NCBI GenBank assembly: GCA_963560035.1
Contig: CAUWMZ010000002.1
Coordinates: 35,685 to 99,684, forward strand
DNA: 64,000 bases
Reading direction: 5' to 3'
DNA from: an uncultured Parabacteroides sp.
GTDB lineage: Bacteria > Bacteroidota > Bacteroidia > Bacteroidales > Tannerellaceae
Shown: positions 28,020 to 39,575 of the stretch, piece by piece
Layout of the letters: every line of letters starts with the position of its first letter
Numbering within the stretch: the stretch's first letter is position 1
Notes under the pieces: generated by a model
What the model saw: only the letters and a program-made list of their open reading frames with translations
The model's database searches: none
Told to the model about the DNA's origin: nothing
Made by a program: the position numbers and the translations under genes

Positions 28020-29669
28020 TTAGTTGAGTTCAATGTTTTGCTCTTTTAGAAGTTTGACGCCAAGTTCTTTTAGCTTAAACTTTTGTATCTTTCCGCTTCC
28101 GGTCATTGGAAAAGTATCGACGAAGAATACGTACTTTGGGATTTTGTGACGGGCTATTTTCCCTCGGCAGAAGTCCTTAATATCTTCTGCTGTAGCTTGT
28201 GAGTCTTTATGTAAGATGATAAAGGCTCCGGCTTCTTCACCATATTTGGCCGAAGGAATCGCTGCGACTTGTATATCTTTAACTCCTGGAAAATGATAGA
28301 GGAATTCTTCTAATTCTCTTGGATAGATATTTTCTCCCCCTCTTATAATCATATCCTTGATACGGCCAGTGATGTGGAAGTTCCCTTGCTCGTCACGTAT
28401 GCCTAAATCGCCCGAATGCAGGAATCCATCTTTGTCGATGACCTCTTGCGTGGCGCTATCATTGTTGTAATATCCTTTCATTGTGTTGTATCCTCGGTTG
28501 CATATCTCTCCTTGTACACCAACTGGACATTCTTTTCCCGTGTTTGGGTCAATAACCTTCACCTCTGTAAACTCGAACTCCCGTCCAACAGTGGTATAGC
28601 GCACTTCCGCGGGATCATCAATGCGTGTATGTGTCATTCCGGGGGAAGCTTCAGTCAACCCGTATACACTTGTGACTTTCATATGCATTTTCTCTTCTAC
28701 CTTTTTCATTAATTCGATGGGGCATAGAGATCCGGCCATGATGCCCGTACGTAAAGAGGTTAGGTCAAACATATTGAACATGGGGTGGTTGAGTTCTGCT
28801 ATAAACATGGTTGGAACGCCATAAAGGGCTGTGCATCGCTCTTTGTGAATAGAGGCTAATACGAGTAGGGGGTTGAATTTTTCAACCATCACTTGTGTGC
28901 AGCCATGGGTTAATACGTTCATGGTCGCCAAGACAACGCCGAAGCAGTGAAATAATGGAACACAGCAGCATAGTTTGTCATCGGCCGTGAATTTCATATA
29001 TTCACCTGTCAAATAGCCATTGTTGGTAATGTTATAGTGCGTTAGCATGACACCTTTAGGGAAGCCTGTTGTGCCGGATGTGTATTGCATATTGACAATG
29101 TCGTGGCAATTGACTTTCGATTTGGCGGCATGGAGTGTCTCGTCATTAATGTTTTGTCCGAGCAATAAGATTTCAGGCGTATTATACATGCCTCTATATT
29201 TCTCTTGTCCGATGTAGATGACATTTTTTAGTTTTGGAAATAAATTACTTTTTAAATAGCCTCTTTGGGAAGTCCTCAATTCAGGCACCATTGAGTAAAG
29301 CATATCTATATAGTTTCCGTCAAATACGCCATCCGTGATGCACATCGTATGAATATCAGCGTTTTTGACAAGATATTCCAGTTCGCTTTGCTTGTAATTC
29401 GTATTGATGGTCACTAGTACGGCGCCAATTTTGGCTCCCGCATAAAGGAAGGTCAACCAATCAGGCACATTTGTCGCCCAAACGCCGATATTCGTGCCGT
29501 GCGTGATACCTATAGCCAACATGCCTTTAGCCATGTCGTCTACACGTTGGTTAAACTCTTTCCATGTAAAGCGTAAGTCTCGGTCAGGATAAACAATATA
29601 TTCTTTGTCTGGTGTTGTCTCGGCCCAATGTTCCAACCATTGGCCGATTGTCTTTTCGCTTAATTCCAT
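28020..29669 (-). CDS. AMP-binding acyl-CoA synthetase
   Basis: [41 protein letters not shown] and TGSGKIQK motifs. Confidence 0.92.
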   Translation of the reverse strand: MELSEKTIGQWLEHWAETTPDKEYIVYPDRDLRFTWKEFNQRVDDMAKGMLAIGITHGTNIGVWATNVPDWLTFLYAGAKIGAVLVTINTNYKQSELEYLVKNADIHTMCITDGVFDGNYIDMLYSMVPELRTSQRGYLKSNLFPKLKNVIYIGQEKYRGMYNTPEILLLGQNINDETLHAAKSKVNCHDIVNMQYTSGTTGFPKGVMLTHYNITNNGYLTGEYMKFTADDKLCCCVPLFHCFGVVLATMNVLTHGCTQVMVEKFNPLLVLASIHKERCTALYGVPTMFIAELNHPMFNMFDLTSLRTGIMAGSLCPIELMKKVEEKMHMKVTSVYGLTEASPGMTHTRIDDPAEVRYTTVGREFEFTEVKVIDPNTGKECPVGVQGEICNRGYNTMKGYYNNDSATQEVIDKDGFLHSGDLGIRDEQGNFHITGRIKDMIIRGGENIYPRELEEFLYHFPGVKDIQVAAIPSAKYGEEAGAFIILHKDSQATAEDIKDFCRGKIARHKIPKYVFFVDTFPMTGSGKIQKFKLKELGVKLLKEQNIELN

Positions 29670-29673
29670 AAGA

Positions 29674-30255
29674 CTAATAGGGTGTATAGATTACTCCTAA
29701 GATTTGGGCTTTATGGTTGTCTGCCGCATGCACATGATGCGCTACGATAGAGTCATAGTAAATGCTGTCACCCTCTTCTAGAATATAAGTGTTTTGTCCA
29801 TAATTGATCTCGATGATACCATTTAGGACATAGATGAATTCTTCTCCCTCGTGTGTTGATAGGATAAAGTTTTCACCTTCGTCTGAAGGAGAGATCTCGA
29901 TAACGAATGGTTCCATATGACGACCGGATTTATCTTGGGAAAGAGAGTGATACTCCATATGTTTCATCTCTTGCGTCATATTGTTCGTGAATCGTATACC
30001 GTCTGAGTCACGTTCTTTTTTTCGACATACAACGGGCCCTAATTCGGCTTGATCGTCTAAAAATGTGCCTAGTCGTACACCTAATACCCGTGCTATTTTG
30101 ATAAGAGGGGCCAAGGAAGGAAAATCTACATCGTTTTCAATACGTTGTATCTGTTCGATACTTAATCCGGTTCTTCCGGCTACTTCGTCGATAGAGAGTT
30201 GCTTGGAATCCCGAATGTTTTTTATTTTGGCTCCAATAATTTTATTGTTCCCCAT
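29674..30255 (-). CDS. XRE-family HTH + cupin transcriptional regulator
   Basis: N-terminal HTH ([20 protein letters not shown]...IEND..PSL) and C-terminal cupin ([24 protein letters not shown]). Confidence 0.9.
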   Translation of the reverse strand: MGNNKIIGAKIKNIRDSKQLSIDEVAGRTGLSIEQIQRIENDVDFPSLAPLIKIARVLGVRLGTFLDDQAELGPVVCRKKERDSDGIRFTNNMTQEMKHMEYHSLSQDKSGRHMEPFVIEISPSDEGENFILSTHEGEEFIYVLNGIIEINYGQNTYILEEGDSIYYDSIVAHHVHAADNHKAQILGVIYTPY

Positions 30256-30354
30256 TATTTTGCTATTGTTTGCCTTTTTCGGCGTTCGTTGAATGAAACT
30301 AAACGGCGCGAATGTACGCTATTAATTTGTTATAATCTAAGGTTGTGGTAAATA

Positions 30355-30387
30355 AAAAGGGCAATCTCGATAAGAGATTGCCCTTTT
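30355..30387 (-). terminator. Intrinsic terminator of rpsO
   Basis: 14-bp stem AAAAGGGCAATCTC/GAGATTGCCCTTTT, 5-nt loop, T-run on the minus strand. Confidence 0.85.
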
Positions 30388-30412
30388 GAATATACTGAGA
30401 TTGTATATTTTC

Positions 30413-30682
30413 TTATTTTCTGATACCAAGTTCTTTGATGATAGCACGGTATCTTTCGATGTCGATGCGAACTAAATAATCCAATAAACGACGACGTTTA
30501 CCAACCAACATCTTCAATGCTCTCTCAGTAGCGAAGTCTTTGTGGTTCACTTTCAAGTGCTCTGTTAAATGGTTGATACGGAAAGTGAATAATGCGATTT
30601 GGCTCTCTGCAGAACCTGTGTTTGTCGCTGAATTGCCATACTTTTCGAATAGCTCTTTTTTCTTTGCTGAATCTAAATACAT
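30413..30682 (-). CDS. rpsO: 30S ribosomal protein S15
   Basis: NTGSAESQIALFT.RI.HLT.HL...KD....R.L..LVGKRRRLL.YL; 89 aa. Confidence 0.98.
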   Translation of the reverse strand: MYLDSAKKKELFEKYGNSATNTGSAESQIALFTFRINHLTEHLKVNHKDFATERALKMLVGKRRRLLDYLVRIDIERYRAIIKELGIRK

Positions 30683-30729
30683 GATTCCTTTTACTTTAAT
30701 AAATTAATACTATGTTATCTAAGCGGTCG

Positions 30730-30737
30730 CAAAGGTA
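30730..30737 (-). promoter_or_regulatory. -7 box (TACCTTTG) for rpsO
   Basis: Exact TAnnTTTG match. Confidence 0.55.
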
Positions 30738-30822
30738 TGCATTCCTTTTAGAAATACAATAGTTTTTATCGCTTTTTTATGTTTTGAAGCATCGATGTCA
30801 TATATATATCGTAAAAATATCG

Positions 30823-30830
30823 TATTTTTG
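30823..30830 (+). promoter_or_regulatory. -7 box (TATTTTTG) for typA
   Basis: Exact TAnnTTTG match 20 nt before the ATG. Confidence 0.55.
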
Positions 30831-30850
30831 CGGCAATAAATTAGTCTTCA

Positions 30851-32647
30851 ATGCAAAAGATCAGAAACATTGCGATTATCGCGCACGTAGACCACGGCAA
30901 AACGACGCTTGTGGATAAGATGTTATTAGCTGGTAAGCTTTTCCGTGAAGGACAGGCTGAACCAGATCAGTTCATGGATAATAATGATCTGGAACGAGAA
31001 CGAGGTATAACGATTCTAGCCAAGAATGTGTCTATCAATTATAAGGGATATAAAATCAATATTATTGATACTCCGGGGCATGCGGATTTCGGTGGAGAGG
31101 TTGAGCGTGTCTTAAATATGGCTGATGGTTGTTTGCTGTTGGTGGATGCTTTTGAGGGCCCGATGCCACAGACTCGTTTCGTCTTGCAGAAAGCGATCCA
31201 GATAGGATTGAAGCCGATTGTGGTGATCAATAAGGTAGATAAGCCTAATTGCCGTCCGTCAGAGGTGCAAGAGATGGTGTTCGATTTGATGTTTAGCTTG
31301 GATGCGACTGAGGATCAGTTGGATTTTCCGACAATCTATGGATCTGCTAAGCAAGGCTGGATGTCTGAAGATTGGAAGAAACCGACTCAAGATATTACGG
31401 CTGTATTGGACGCTATTATCAAATATATTCCGGAACCGCAAATGCTGGAGGGTACTCCGCAGATGTTGATTACTTCATTAGATTATTCAAAGTATGTGGG
31501 GCGTATCGCTGTGGGCCGTGTACATCGTGGAGAATTGAGAGAAGGTCAGGACGTTATGCTTTGCAAGCGCGATGGTTCTATGGTGAAATCGAAAATTAAG
31601 GAACTAGACGTGTTCGAGGGATTGGGCCGTACAAAAGTGCAATCTGTAAAGTCTGGTGATATATGCGCTGTTATTGGTATTGACGGCTTTGAGATCGGTG
31701 AGACAATCGCTGATATTAATGAGCCGGAACCATTGCCTACAATCGCTATCGATGAGCCTACGATGTCTATGCTCTTTACGATCAATAACTCTCCGTTCTT
31801 TGGTAAGGATGGTAAATATGTAACATCTCGTCATATTCATGACCGCTTGATGAAAGAGTTGGATAAGAACTTGGCCTTGCGCGTTGTTCCGACAAATTCC
31901 GCTGATTCATGGTTGGTTTATGGTCGTGGTGTGCTTCACTTGTCTGTCTTGATCGAGACAATGCGTCGTGAGGGATATGAGTTGCAGGTTGGTCAGCCGC
32001 AAGTTATCATTAAAGAGATAAATGGAGAGAAATGTGAGCCGGTTGAGCAATTGACTGTCAATCTTCCGGAAGATTGCGCAAGCCGTATTATAGATATGGT
32101 GACAAAGCGTAAAGGTGAGATGACTATGATGGAGAGCAAGAATGGACGTATGCATTTGGAGTTTACGATTCCTTCTCGCGGTATCATTGGATTGAATAAC
32201 GCTGTGCTTACCGCTTCTGCGGGTGAGGCGATCATGGCGCATCGTTTCTTGGAATATCAACCATGGAAAGGTGAGATAGAGCGTCGTGTGAATGGTTCTA
32301 TTATCGCTATGGAAACGGGTCAGGCTTTCGCTTATGCTTTGAATAACTTGCAGTCTCGTGGTCGTTTCTTTATCGCTCCGGGCGATGAGGTTTATGCGGG
32401 TCAGGTTGTTGGTGAGCATACAAAGGAAAATGACTTGGTTGTGAATGTGACAAAATCTAAGAAGTTGACCAATATGCGTGCTTCAGGTTCTGATGATAAG
32501 GTTTCTTTGGCTCCACCTATTGTGTTTAGTTTGGAAGATGCTCTTGAGTATATTAAGGGCGATGAATATGTGGAGATCACTCCAAACTATATGCGCATGC
32601 GTAAGATCATATTGGACGAGACGGAGCGTAAGCGTCAAGGAAGATAA
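30851..32647 (+). CDS. typA: Translational GTPase TypA/BipA
   Basis: [52 protein letters not shown] and CTD ([13 protein letters not shown]). Confidence 0.97.
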   Translation: MQKIRNIAIIAHVDHGKTTLVDKMLLAGKLFREGQAEPDQFMDNNDLERERGITILAKNVSINYKGYKINIIDTPGHADFGGEVERVLNMADGCLLLVDAFEGPMPQTRFVLQKAIQIGLKPIVVINKVDKPNCRPSEVQEMVFDLMFSLDATEDQLDFPTIYGSAKQGWMSEDWKKPTQDITAVLDAIIKYIPEPQMLEGTPQMLITSLDYSKYVGRIAVGRVHRGELREGQDVMLCKRDGSMVKSKIKELDVFEGLGRTKVQSVKSGDICAVIGIDGFEIGETIADINEPEPLPTIAIDEPTMSMLFTINNSPFFGKDGKYVTSRHIHDRLMKELDKNLALRVVPTNSADSWLVYGRGVLHLSVLIETMRREGYELQVGQPQVIIKEINGEKCEPVEQLTVNLPEDCASRIIDMVTKRKGEMTMMESKNGRMHLEFTIPSRGIIGLNNAVLTASAGEAIMAHRFLEYQPWKGEIERRVNGSIIAMETGQAFAYALNNLQSRGRFFIAPGDEVYAGQVVGEHTKENDLVVNVTKSKKLTNMRASGSDDKVSLAPPIVFSLEDALEYIKGDEYVEITPNYMRMRKIILDETERKRQGR

Positions 32648-32674
32648 ATCGGTACGGAATAATATATATATTGT

Positions 32675-32708
32675 AAAGCGGATATGCGAATTGCGTATCC
32701 GCTTTTTT
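32675..32708 (+). terminator. Intrinsic terminator of typA
   Basis: AAAGCGGATATGC/GCGTATCCGCTTT stem with one G-U pair, followed by a T-run. Confidence 0.8.
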
Positions 32709-32793
32709 GTTTGTTCCGGACGTTTAAGTCGCAAGTCTTAAGAAACCGGATTTGCTTGATAAACGAAAATAGAAATAGCCTAAAAAGGGCTGT

Positions 32794-32887
32794 TTAAGTG
32801 ATTAACTAAGCACTTGTCGTTAGATTAACTAAGCACTACTACTAGTCGTAAGTTATTCACTTGAGTAGTGAATAACTATTTACTTAA
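32794..32887. repeat. 94-bp TTAA-bounded nested-palindrome element, copy A
   Basis: Four ~20-bp AAGTG-N10-CACTT-like units at 23-24 bp period. Reverse complement of 32795-32886 aligns without gaps to 48809-48900 at 74/92. Confidence 0.8.
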
Positions 32888-33027
32888 GGCGCTGTTTTTG
32901 GACGGATATTGAGCGCTTTCTCTCTTTCTGCGATTCCTTGTTCGTAAGGGTTTGTCTTTTGGGTTTTGTGAAGCTAAGAGAGGTATTTAAGGGTATAGGT
33001 ATGTTTGGGTTTGGTAGCGTAAAAATG

Positions 33028-33058
33028 AAAAAGCCCCTGCGAATGCAGAGGCTTTTTT
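33028..33058 (-). terminator. Intrinsic terminator of the TPR lipoprotein gene
   Basis: Minus strand GCCTCTGC-attc-GCAGGGGC followed by TTTTT; T-runs on both strands. Confidence 0.8.
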
Positions 33059-33079
33059 GTATGGTGTAAGTAGTATAGA

Positions 33080-34771
33080 TTACTTAACTAATGCTGCGAA
33101 ATCAGAGTTTGTAGCATATTTAGCGAACTCAAGATCGATAGCTGCTTCCTTAGCCATGTTCTTATCAGCTGCGATAGCGGCTTTCAAGTTGCTGATAACA
33201 CCGTTAGTGTCGTTAGTGCGAGCGGCAACAACAGCTTTTAGATAAGAAGTAACAGCGTCAGGATTAGCAACACCGTTCAAAGTTTGAGATGCTTTGCTGT
33301 AATCCTTAACCATGATCTGAGCCAAAGCGGCATTGTTAGATTTAACAGAACCGAAAGAGTTAACAGCCTTAGCGTATTCACCTTGCTCTAAGTAAAGAAC
33401 ACCAAGAGCCTCGCTTAATTCTTCAACACCAGAAGCGTTTCCGAACATTTGTTGAGCCTTAGCTTGGTCACCCTTAGTTAATGCGATCAAACCTAAGTTC
33501 ATGTTTGCAGAAGCATTGTTCTCGATAGAGTTAGATTTGTTGAACATCTTTTCAGCTTTGTCTAAGTCACCAGCTTTGAATGCCATCATACCTATGTTGT
33601 TCCAAGTACGATAGTCGTTGGGATATAACTCAGAAGCTTTTGTATAAATAGCCATTTTCTCTGCGTCATCGTTAGTTAATGTAGCAGCGTAAAGGATTTC
33701 CTCAACGTTCAATTCTTTAGGATTGCTCTTAGCTAAAGCGCTGATCTCGTCATCAGATTTACCGATGATCTCGATGTTTGCAGTCAAACGAGAACGACGT
33801 AATTGCGGAAGGATTGTCTCAGCCAAGTCAGAGTAAACTGCAGAGATGTTTTTGATCTCTTTCTCTCTTGTCTCAGGATCTTGGTACATAGAAAGAACGC
33901 GTAATACTAGATCTTTGTCTTGTAAGTTAGAGCCAGCAACTAATTCTTTGAAACCATCCCAGTCTTGTGCAGTGTAACGTGCGTCAACAGGAGCGTCAAC
34001 TTTCATCTTCTTCAATTCTTTTGCTAAATATTTAGAAGTGTTGTGCTCACGGTTTTCAGCAAGACCTGTATTTAATTCAACACCACCATCAGGAGAAGCG
34101 TAAGCGCCGATCTCGATAGCAACGTTTTGGTTAGGAGCTTCTTCAGCGTTCTTAACAAGATCTTTCCATTCTTTGATAGCGTCAGAGTTCAATTCGCTAG
34201 CGCGAAGATTTGCTTGTTGGATCAAGAACATGATGTTTGCGTTATGAGCTTCTTTGATCACACGTTGGAATTTGTCAGCTGCGATTGCTGCAGTTGCTGT
34301 ACCGGCGTCTGCCAACTCAGATGTTGCGATAACACCCTCGCCGATTTTTACATCCGGCAATTTAACAGTCTTGTTTTTGATTTTAGCGTCGAAAGTCAAA
34401 TATAACTCAGATTTCTTCATCTCAGGTTTGTAAGTGAAAGAAGATTTCATTGTTACGTTTGCGCCTTCTTTTTGAGGAATAACTTGGTTGTTACCTTTTA
34501 CTTTCTCACCTTGGTAAGTGTAAGAAGTGCCCCAAGCTTCGCCACCTTGGTAGCGTAATACCGGAGTAACGGTTACAACTGCTTTTTTGTTAAACCATTT
34601 AGCCGGGAAAGTTGCGTTGATAGTTACAGGAACTTTGCCACCGATAGCCTCTAGCGGTTGCGGCTCAGCTTTAATGTACTGCTCTGCCAACGGTTTCAAC
34701 TTGTTAGAACAAGAAGAAAGCGTTAAAATGGCTGCCAATACGAAGAATGGCAATAAAAACTTTCTGTTCAT
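33080..34771 (-). CDS. TPR-containing lipoprotein with OmpA_C-like segment
   Basis: Lipobox LSSC; IEIGAYASPDGGVELNTGLAENR resembles an OmpA_C motif; C-terminal TPR-like repeats (YRTWNNIG, ANMNLG, EALGVLYL); strongly biased codons. Confidence 0.75.
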   Translation of the reverse strand: MNRKFLLPFFVLAAILTLSSCSNKLKPLAEQYIKAEPQPLEAIGGKVPVTINATFPAKWFNKKAVVTVTPVLRYQGGEAWGTSYTYQGEKVKGNNQVIPQKEGANVTMKSSFTYKPEMKKSELYLTFDAKIKNKTVKLPDVKIGEGVIATSELADAGTATAAIAADKFQRVIKEAHNANIMFLIQQANLRASELNSDAIKEWKDLVKNAEEAPNQNVAIEIGAYASPDGGVELNTGLAENREHNTSKYLAKELKKMKVDAPVDARYTAQDWDGFKELVAGSNLQDKDLVLRVLSMYQDPETREKEIKNISAVYSDLAETILPQLRRSRLTANIEIIGKSDDEISALAKSNPKELNVEEILYAATLTNDDAEKMAIYTKASELYPNDYRTWNNIGMMAFKAGDLDKAEKMFNKSNSIENNASANMNLGLIALTKGDQAKAQQMFGNASGVEELSEALGVLYLEQGEYAKAVNSFGSVKSNNAALAQIMVKDYSKASQTLNGVANPDAVTSYLKAVVAARTNDTNGVISNLKAAIAADKNMAKEAAIDLEFAKYATNSDFAALVK

Positions 34772-34841
34772 AATCTTGATGTATTAAAATGTTATTATGT
34801 TAATATATTCACTTCGATATAATCCTCTAGCCATTTTCGTG

Positions 34842-34849
34842 CAAAACTA
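34842..34849 (-). promoter_or_regulatory. -7 box (TAGTTTTG) for the TPR lipoprotein
   Basis: Exact TAnnTTTG match. Confidence 0.5.
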
Positions 34850-35178
34850 AAGTATTTTTTCGTTTTGGATAGCAAAGATGGCGTAAAATCTTTTTTATTA
34901 ATACTTATTAATGATTTGCGGGCTTCTTTTTGCTTGAAATGCTTGTCTTTTGTCCGAAAAAGGTAGTAATACTGAATTTTTTTCATGTTTTTTTGTCAGT
35001 TGGATATATGTGAGATGTCATTCCTTAAATTCATTTTTTTTGGTTAAAATAAAACCTTTTGTGTTTACTCGCCCTCGTCAACTTCTTATCATTTCTTTCT
35101 TTAGAGGAGGGGTAGATTATCCAGGAAGGAGGCTTCTATATTTTTATAGATCATGAATTATATTTCGAGTTTTTTCCT

Positions 35179-35186
35179 TAAGTTTG
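35179..35186 (+). promoter_or_regulatory. -7 box (TAAGTTTG) for fumarate hydratase
   Basis: Exact TAnnTTTG match. Confidence 0.5.
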
Positions 35187-35243
35187 CCCATTGAAAATGA
35201 CTACATATAATGTATTACAATATATAAATTAAATTCTACAAAT

Positions 35244-36872
35244 ATGGCAACACCTCCGTTTCATTATGAGCCGATGTTCCAAAAGGGACTGGACACAACA
35301 GAGTATTATTTGCTTACTAAAGATTATGTTTCCGTTTCAGAATTTGAAGGAAAACCAATCTTGAAAGTAGCTAAAGAGGGTTTGACAGCGATGGCTAACG
35401 CGGCTTTTCGTGATGTTTCATTTATGCTTCGTCGCTCTCATAACGAGCAAGTCGCAAAGATCTTGAGTGATCCAGAGGCTTCGGATAATGATAAATATGT
35501 AGCTTTGACATTCTTGCGTAATGCAGAAGTGGCTTCTAAAGGTGTGCTTCCTTTTTGTCAAGATACAGGAACTGCTATTATTCATGGCGAAAAAGGACAG
35601 CAGGTATGGACAGGATTTTGTGATGAGGAAGCGCTTTCTTTAGGTGTTTATAAAACATATACAGAAGAGAACTTGCGCTATTCTCAAAACGCTCCGCTTA
35701 CAATGTATGAGGAGGTCAATACAAAATGTAATTTGCCGGCTCAAATCGATATTGAAGCAACTCAAGGTATGGAATATGAGTTCCTTTGCGTAACAAAGGG
35801 TGGTGGATCCGCAAATAAGACTTATTTGTATCAAGAGACAAAAGCTATATTGAATCCAGGAACTCTTGTTCCTTTCTTGGTGGAGAAGATTAAATCTTTG
35901 GGTACAGCTGCTTGTCCTCCATATCATATCGCGATTGTTATTGGTGGTACTTCAGCCGAGAAAAACTTGCTTACGGTGAAGTTGGCTTCCACTCGTTTTT
36001 ATGATAGCTTGCCTACTACAGGAAGCGAGGGTGGTCGTGCATTCCGTGATATTGAGTTGGAGAAAGAAGTTTTGGCTGCGGCTCATAACATTGGTCTAGG
36101 TGCGCAGTTTGGTGGTAAGTATCTAGCTCATGATGTACGTATTATTCGTTTGCCTCGTCATGGTGCTTCTTGTCCTGTTGGTTTAGGTGTAAGCTGCTCC
36201 GCAGACCGCAATATTAAATGTAAAATTAATAAAGATGGTATTTGGATTGAGAAATTGGATAGCCATCCAGGAGAATTGATTCCAGAAGAACTTCGTCAAG
36301 CTGGTGAGGGTGATGCTGTAAAAGTAAATTTGAATCAGCCGATGGCCGAGATTTTGAAGATTTTGGATAAGTATCCGGTATCTACTCGTTTGTCTTTGAG
36401 TGGTACAATAATCGTGGGTCGTGACATCGCTCACGCAAAGTTGAAAGAGCGTTTGGATCGTGGAGAAGATTTGCCACAATATATTAAAGATCATCCTATC
36501 TATTATGCAGGTCCTGCGAAGACTCCGGCAGGTATGGCTTGTGGTTCTATGGGACCGACAACAGCGGGTCGTATGGATCCTTATGTAGACTTGTTCCAAA
36601 GCCATGGCGGTAGTATGATTATGTTGGCGAAGGGAAATCGTAGCCAGCAAGTGACAGATGCTTGTAAGAAGCATGGCGGTTTCTATTTAGGTTCTATTGG
36701 TGGACCGGCTGCAATCTTGGCTCAAAATAATATTAAGAGCATTGAATGTCTTGAATATCCAGAATTGGGAATGGAGGCTATTTGGAAGATTGAGGTAGAA
36801 GATTTCCCTGCGTTTATCTTGGTTGATAACAAGGGTAATGACTTCTTTAAGCAGATCAAGCCTCGTTGTTGA
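35244..36872 (+). CDS. Fumarate hydratase class I (Fe-S, FumA/FumB type)
   Basis: [38 protein letters not shown] and GSIGGPAA motifs. Confidence 0.95.
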   Translation: MATPPFHYEPMFQKGLDTTEYYLLTKDYVSVSEFEGKPILKVAKEGLTAMANAAFRDVSFMLRRSHNEQVAKILSDPEASDNDKYVALTFLRNAEVASKGVLPFCQDTGTAIIHGEKGQQVWTGFCDEEALSLGVYKTYTEENLRYSQNAPLTMYEEVNTKCNLPAQIDIEATQGMEYEFLCVTKGGGSANKTYLYQETKAILNPGTLVPFLVEKIKSLGTAACPPYHIAIVIGGTSAEKNLLTVKLASTRFYDSLPTTGSEGGRAFRDIELEKEVLAAAHNIGLGAQFGGKYLAHDVRIIRLPRHGASCPVGLGVSCSADRNIKCKINKDGIWIEKLDSHPGELIPEELRQAGEGDAVKVNLNQPMAEILKILDKYPVSTRLSLSGTIIVGRDIAHAKLKERLDRGEDLPQYIKDHPIYYAGPAKTPAGMACGSMGPTTAGRMDPYVDLFQSHGGSMIMLAKGNRSQQVTDACKKHGGFYLGSIGGPAAILAQNNIKSIECLEYPELGMEAIWKIEVEDFPAFILVDNKGNDFFKQIKPRC

Positions 36873-36894
36873 TTTTTGCTTAGCAAGATAAATG

Positions 36895-36933
36895 AAAGGC
36901 GGTATTCGGCGGTAAGTTGAATACCGCCTTTTT
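36895..36933 (+). terminator. Intrinsic terminator of the fumarase gene
   Basis: 13-bp stem AAAGGCGGTATTC/GAATACCGCCTTT plus T-run. Confidence 0.85.
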
Positions 36934-37064
36934 GTGGGTTGAAACTTGGAAGTTAGTATAAATGCCAATGAAACTATTACACTTTGATTTTTTACGCTTT
37001 ATCGCATTTAAGTGATAGAAAAGTAGTGAATGGGGTAGATCTAAGTCGATAGAGGCAGATGATT

Positions 37065-37106
37065 AAAAAACAAATCCCGAATAGAGTTTATTCTACCCGG
37101 GATTTT
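37065..37106 (-). terminator. Intrinsic terminator of pnp
   Basis: Minus strand AAATCCCGGGTAGA/TCTATTCGGGATTT followed by GTTTTTT. Confidence 0.75.
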
Positions 37107-37128
37107 ATATAATGTATAAGACCTAATT

Positions 37129-39369
37129 TTAGTCTCGGTGCTCTCTGTGAGGTCCGCGATCACCACGGTCTTGACGAGGACCACGGTCTCCACGATCTTG
37201 GCGAGGTCCGCGATCACCTCTTTCTGGTCTTGCGGGGCGTTCTTCGTAACCTTCTGGTTTCGGAAGTAATGCACGACGAGATAATTTGAATTTTCCTGTC
37301 TTAGGATCGATGTCAACTAGTTTCACTGTGATTGTATCACCTTCTTTCAGTCCTGCTTCTTCTACGGTCTCTAGACGCTTCCACTCGATTTCCGAGATGT
37401 GAAGTAAACCATCCTTGCCTGGCATGAATTCGACGAATGCGCCATAAGGCATGATAGAAGAGATCTTTCCTTCGTAAACCTCTCCAACTTCAGGAACTGC
37501 GACAATCGCTTTGATCGCTTTCACAGCGGCGTCAATTGTAGCTTTGTTTGTTCCAGATATTTCAATCTTACCGAAACCGTCAACTTCGTCGATAGAAACA
37601 GTAGCGCCTGTTTTCTCTTGAATGCCCTGAATGATCTTACCGCCCGGGCCGATTACTGCGCCGATAAATTCTTTGCCGATAGTCATTGTCTCGATTCTAG
37701 GAGCGTGAGGCTTCAAGTCTGAACGAGTTTCTGGTTGAGCTTCCAATATTTTGTTTAGGATGTACATACGGCCTTCTTTAGCTTGAGCCAAAGCTCTTTC
37801 TAGAATTTCATAAGAAAGACCGTCTACTTTGATATCCATTTGAGTGGCAGTGATACCATCTTTTGTCCCGGTAACCTTGAAGTCCATATCACCAAGGTGG
37901 TCTTCGTCTCCTAAAATATCAGAAAGAATAGCGTAATTTGTACCTTTATTTTCTGAAATTAATCCCATTGCGATACCAGATACCGGTTTTTTCATTGGGA
38001 CACCAGCATCTCTCAACGCTAATGTTCCTGCGCAAACAGTAGCCATAGAAGAAGAGCCGTTAGATTCCAAGATATCAGAGATGACACGAATTACATACGG
38101 ATAGTTGTCCGGGATCATGCGCTTAAGAGCACGATGCGCTAGATTTCCGTGTCCAATTTCACGACGTCCTACGCCACGAGAAGCTTTAGCTTCGCCAGTA
38201 GAGAAAGGAGGAAAGTTATAGTGAAGAAGGAATCTTTCGTATCCATGATTCAATACGTCATCTACCATCTTCTCGTCTGCTTTAGTACCCAATGTTACGG
38301 TAGATAGAGATTGAGTTTCACCACGAGTGAAGATAGCGGAACCGTGAGGACCGGGAAGGCAATCTGTCTCAATCCAAATAGGGCGGATCTCTGTTGTCTT
38401 ACGACCATCCAAACGCTTACCTTCGTCAAGAATGGCACGGCGCATCGCTTCTTTTTCTACATCGTGATAATAGCGACCGATCATTTCAACTTTTTCGTCG
38501 GTTAACTCTTCTTCAGAGAATTGAGCTTTGTATTCTTCTACGATATTTTCGAAAGCTTCGGTACGCTCTTGTTTGCCTGTGCCAGACGTTGCGATTGCGT
38601 ATGCTTTCGCGTAGCATTTATCGTGAACATCTTTGCGAAGTTCTTCGTCATTTACCTCATGGCAATATTCGCGTTTAACAAGTTTACCGCAAGCCTCAGA
38701 TAATTCTAATTGAGCTTGACATTGTATTTTGATAGCTTCGTGAGCCACTTTGATAGCCTCTAGCATCTCGGATTCTTGAACCTCATCCATTTCGCCTTCG
38801 ACCATCATGATGTTGTCAAGTGTGGCAGCGACCATAATGTCGATGTCTGCATTTTCCAATTGTGCGGAAGTCGGGTTGACAATGAACTCTCCGTTTTTAC
38901 GAGCTACACGAACCTCAGAGATCGGGCCGTTAAAAGGTATATCAGAAACCGCTAGAGCCGCAGAAGCTGCTAATCCTGCTAGTGCATCAGGTAAATCTTC
39001 ACCATCTGCAGAGAATAACGTGATGTTTACATAGACCTCGGCATGGTAGTTGTCCGGGAATAACGGACGTAGAGCACGGTCTACTAAACGAGCTGTTAAA
39101 ATTTCATAGTCGGAAGCTTTTCCCTCTCTTTTTGTGAAACCTCCTGGGAAACGTCCAAAAGCGGAGTATTTTTCTTTGTATTCAACTTGTAGCGGCATAA
39201 AGTCAACTCCCGGGTTTGCATCTTTCGCGGCGCATACAGTGGCAAGCAATACGGTGTTGTTCATACGAACTGTTACCGCTCCGTCTGCCTGTTTTGCCAA
39301 TTTCCCGGTTTCGATAGTAATGGTTCTTCCATCACTCAACTCGATCGTCTTGTTAATTGGATTAAGCAT
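37129..39369 (-). CDS. pnp: Polyribonucleotide nucleotidyltransferase
   Basis: Two RNase PH domains, [16 protein letters not shown] and GDMDFK motifs, KH and S1 domains, RG-rich tail. Confidence 0.98.
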   Translation of the reverse strand: MLNPINKTIELSDGRTITIETGKLAKQADGAVTVRMNNTVLLATVCAAKDANPGVDFMPLQVEYKEKYSAFGRFPGGFTKREGKASDYEILTARLVDRALRPLFPDNYHAEVYVNITLFSADGEDLPDALAGLAASAALAVSDIPFNGPISEVRVARKNGEFIVNPTSAQLENADIDIMVAATLDNIMMVEGEMDEVQESEMLEAIKVAHEAIKIQCQAQLELSEACGKLVKREYCHEVNDEELRKDVHDKCYAKAYAIATSGTGKQERTEAFENIVEEYKAQFSEEELTDEKVEMIGRYYHDVEKEAMRRAILDEGKRLDGRKTTEIRPIWIETDCLPGPHGSAIFTRGETQSLSTVTLGTKADEKMVDDVLNHGYERFLLHYNFPPFSTGEAKASRGVGRREIGHGNLAHRALKRMIPDNYPYVIRVISDILESNGSSSMATVCAGTLALRDAGVPMKKPVSGIAMGLISENKGTNYAILSDILGDEDHLGDMDFKVTGTKDGITATQMDIKVDGLSYEILERALAQAKEGRMYILNKILEAQPETRSDLKPHAPRIETMTIGKEFIGAVIGPGGKIIQGIQEKTGATVSIDEVDGFGKIEISGTNKATIDAAVKAIKAIVAVPEVGEVYEGKISSIMPYGAFVEFMPGKDGLLHISEIEWKRLETVEEAGLKEGDTITVKLVDIDPKTGKFKLSRRALLPKPEGYEERPARPERGDRGPRQDRGDRGPRQDRGDRGPHREHRD

Positions 39370-39410
39370 AATCTTTTTCTTATTTTTCTATCATCTGTCA
39401 AAAATTGGTG

Positions 39411-39418
39411 CAAATGTA
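39411..39418 (-). promoter_or_regulatory. -7 box (TACATTTG) for pnp
   Basis: Exact TAnnTTTG match. Confidence 0.55.
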
Positions 39419-39533
39419 ATGAAAGTTTACCTGTAATTGTATGAAAATGAAAATAAAAAATAGAGTAAGATTCGTTTTTGGTGAATTTGACAGAAGAAAT
39501 CTGGAATAATGGCTGTGAAATTGTAAAATAATG

Positions 39534-39541
39534 TATATTTG
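39534..39541 (+). promoter_or_regulatory. -7 box (TATATTTG) for the thioredoxin-like lipoprotein
   Basis: Exact TAnnTTTG match. Confidence 0.55.
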
Positions 39542-39575
39542 CAGCAGATTAAAAGAAATATAGATAAGGATAATA

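Noticed and set aside
32794-32887. CRISPR array interpretation of the palindromic units (also 48808-48901)
   Set aside because: Units are separated by only 3-4 nt, there are no unique 25-40 nt spacers, and there are no cas genes in the window.
34778-34805. dif-like site (TTATGTTAATA resembles the XerD arm)
   Set aside because: The position of the XerC arm reads GATGTATTAAA with no CATAA core; the match lies in an AT-rich leader and is likely chance.
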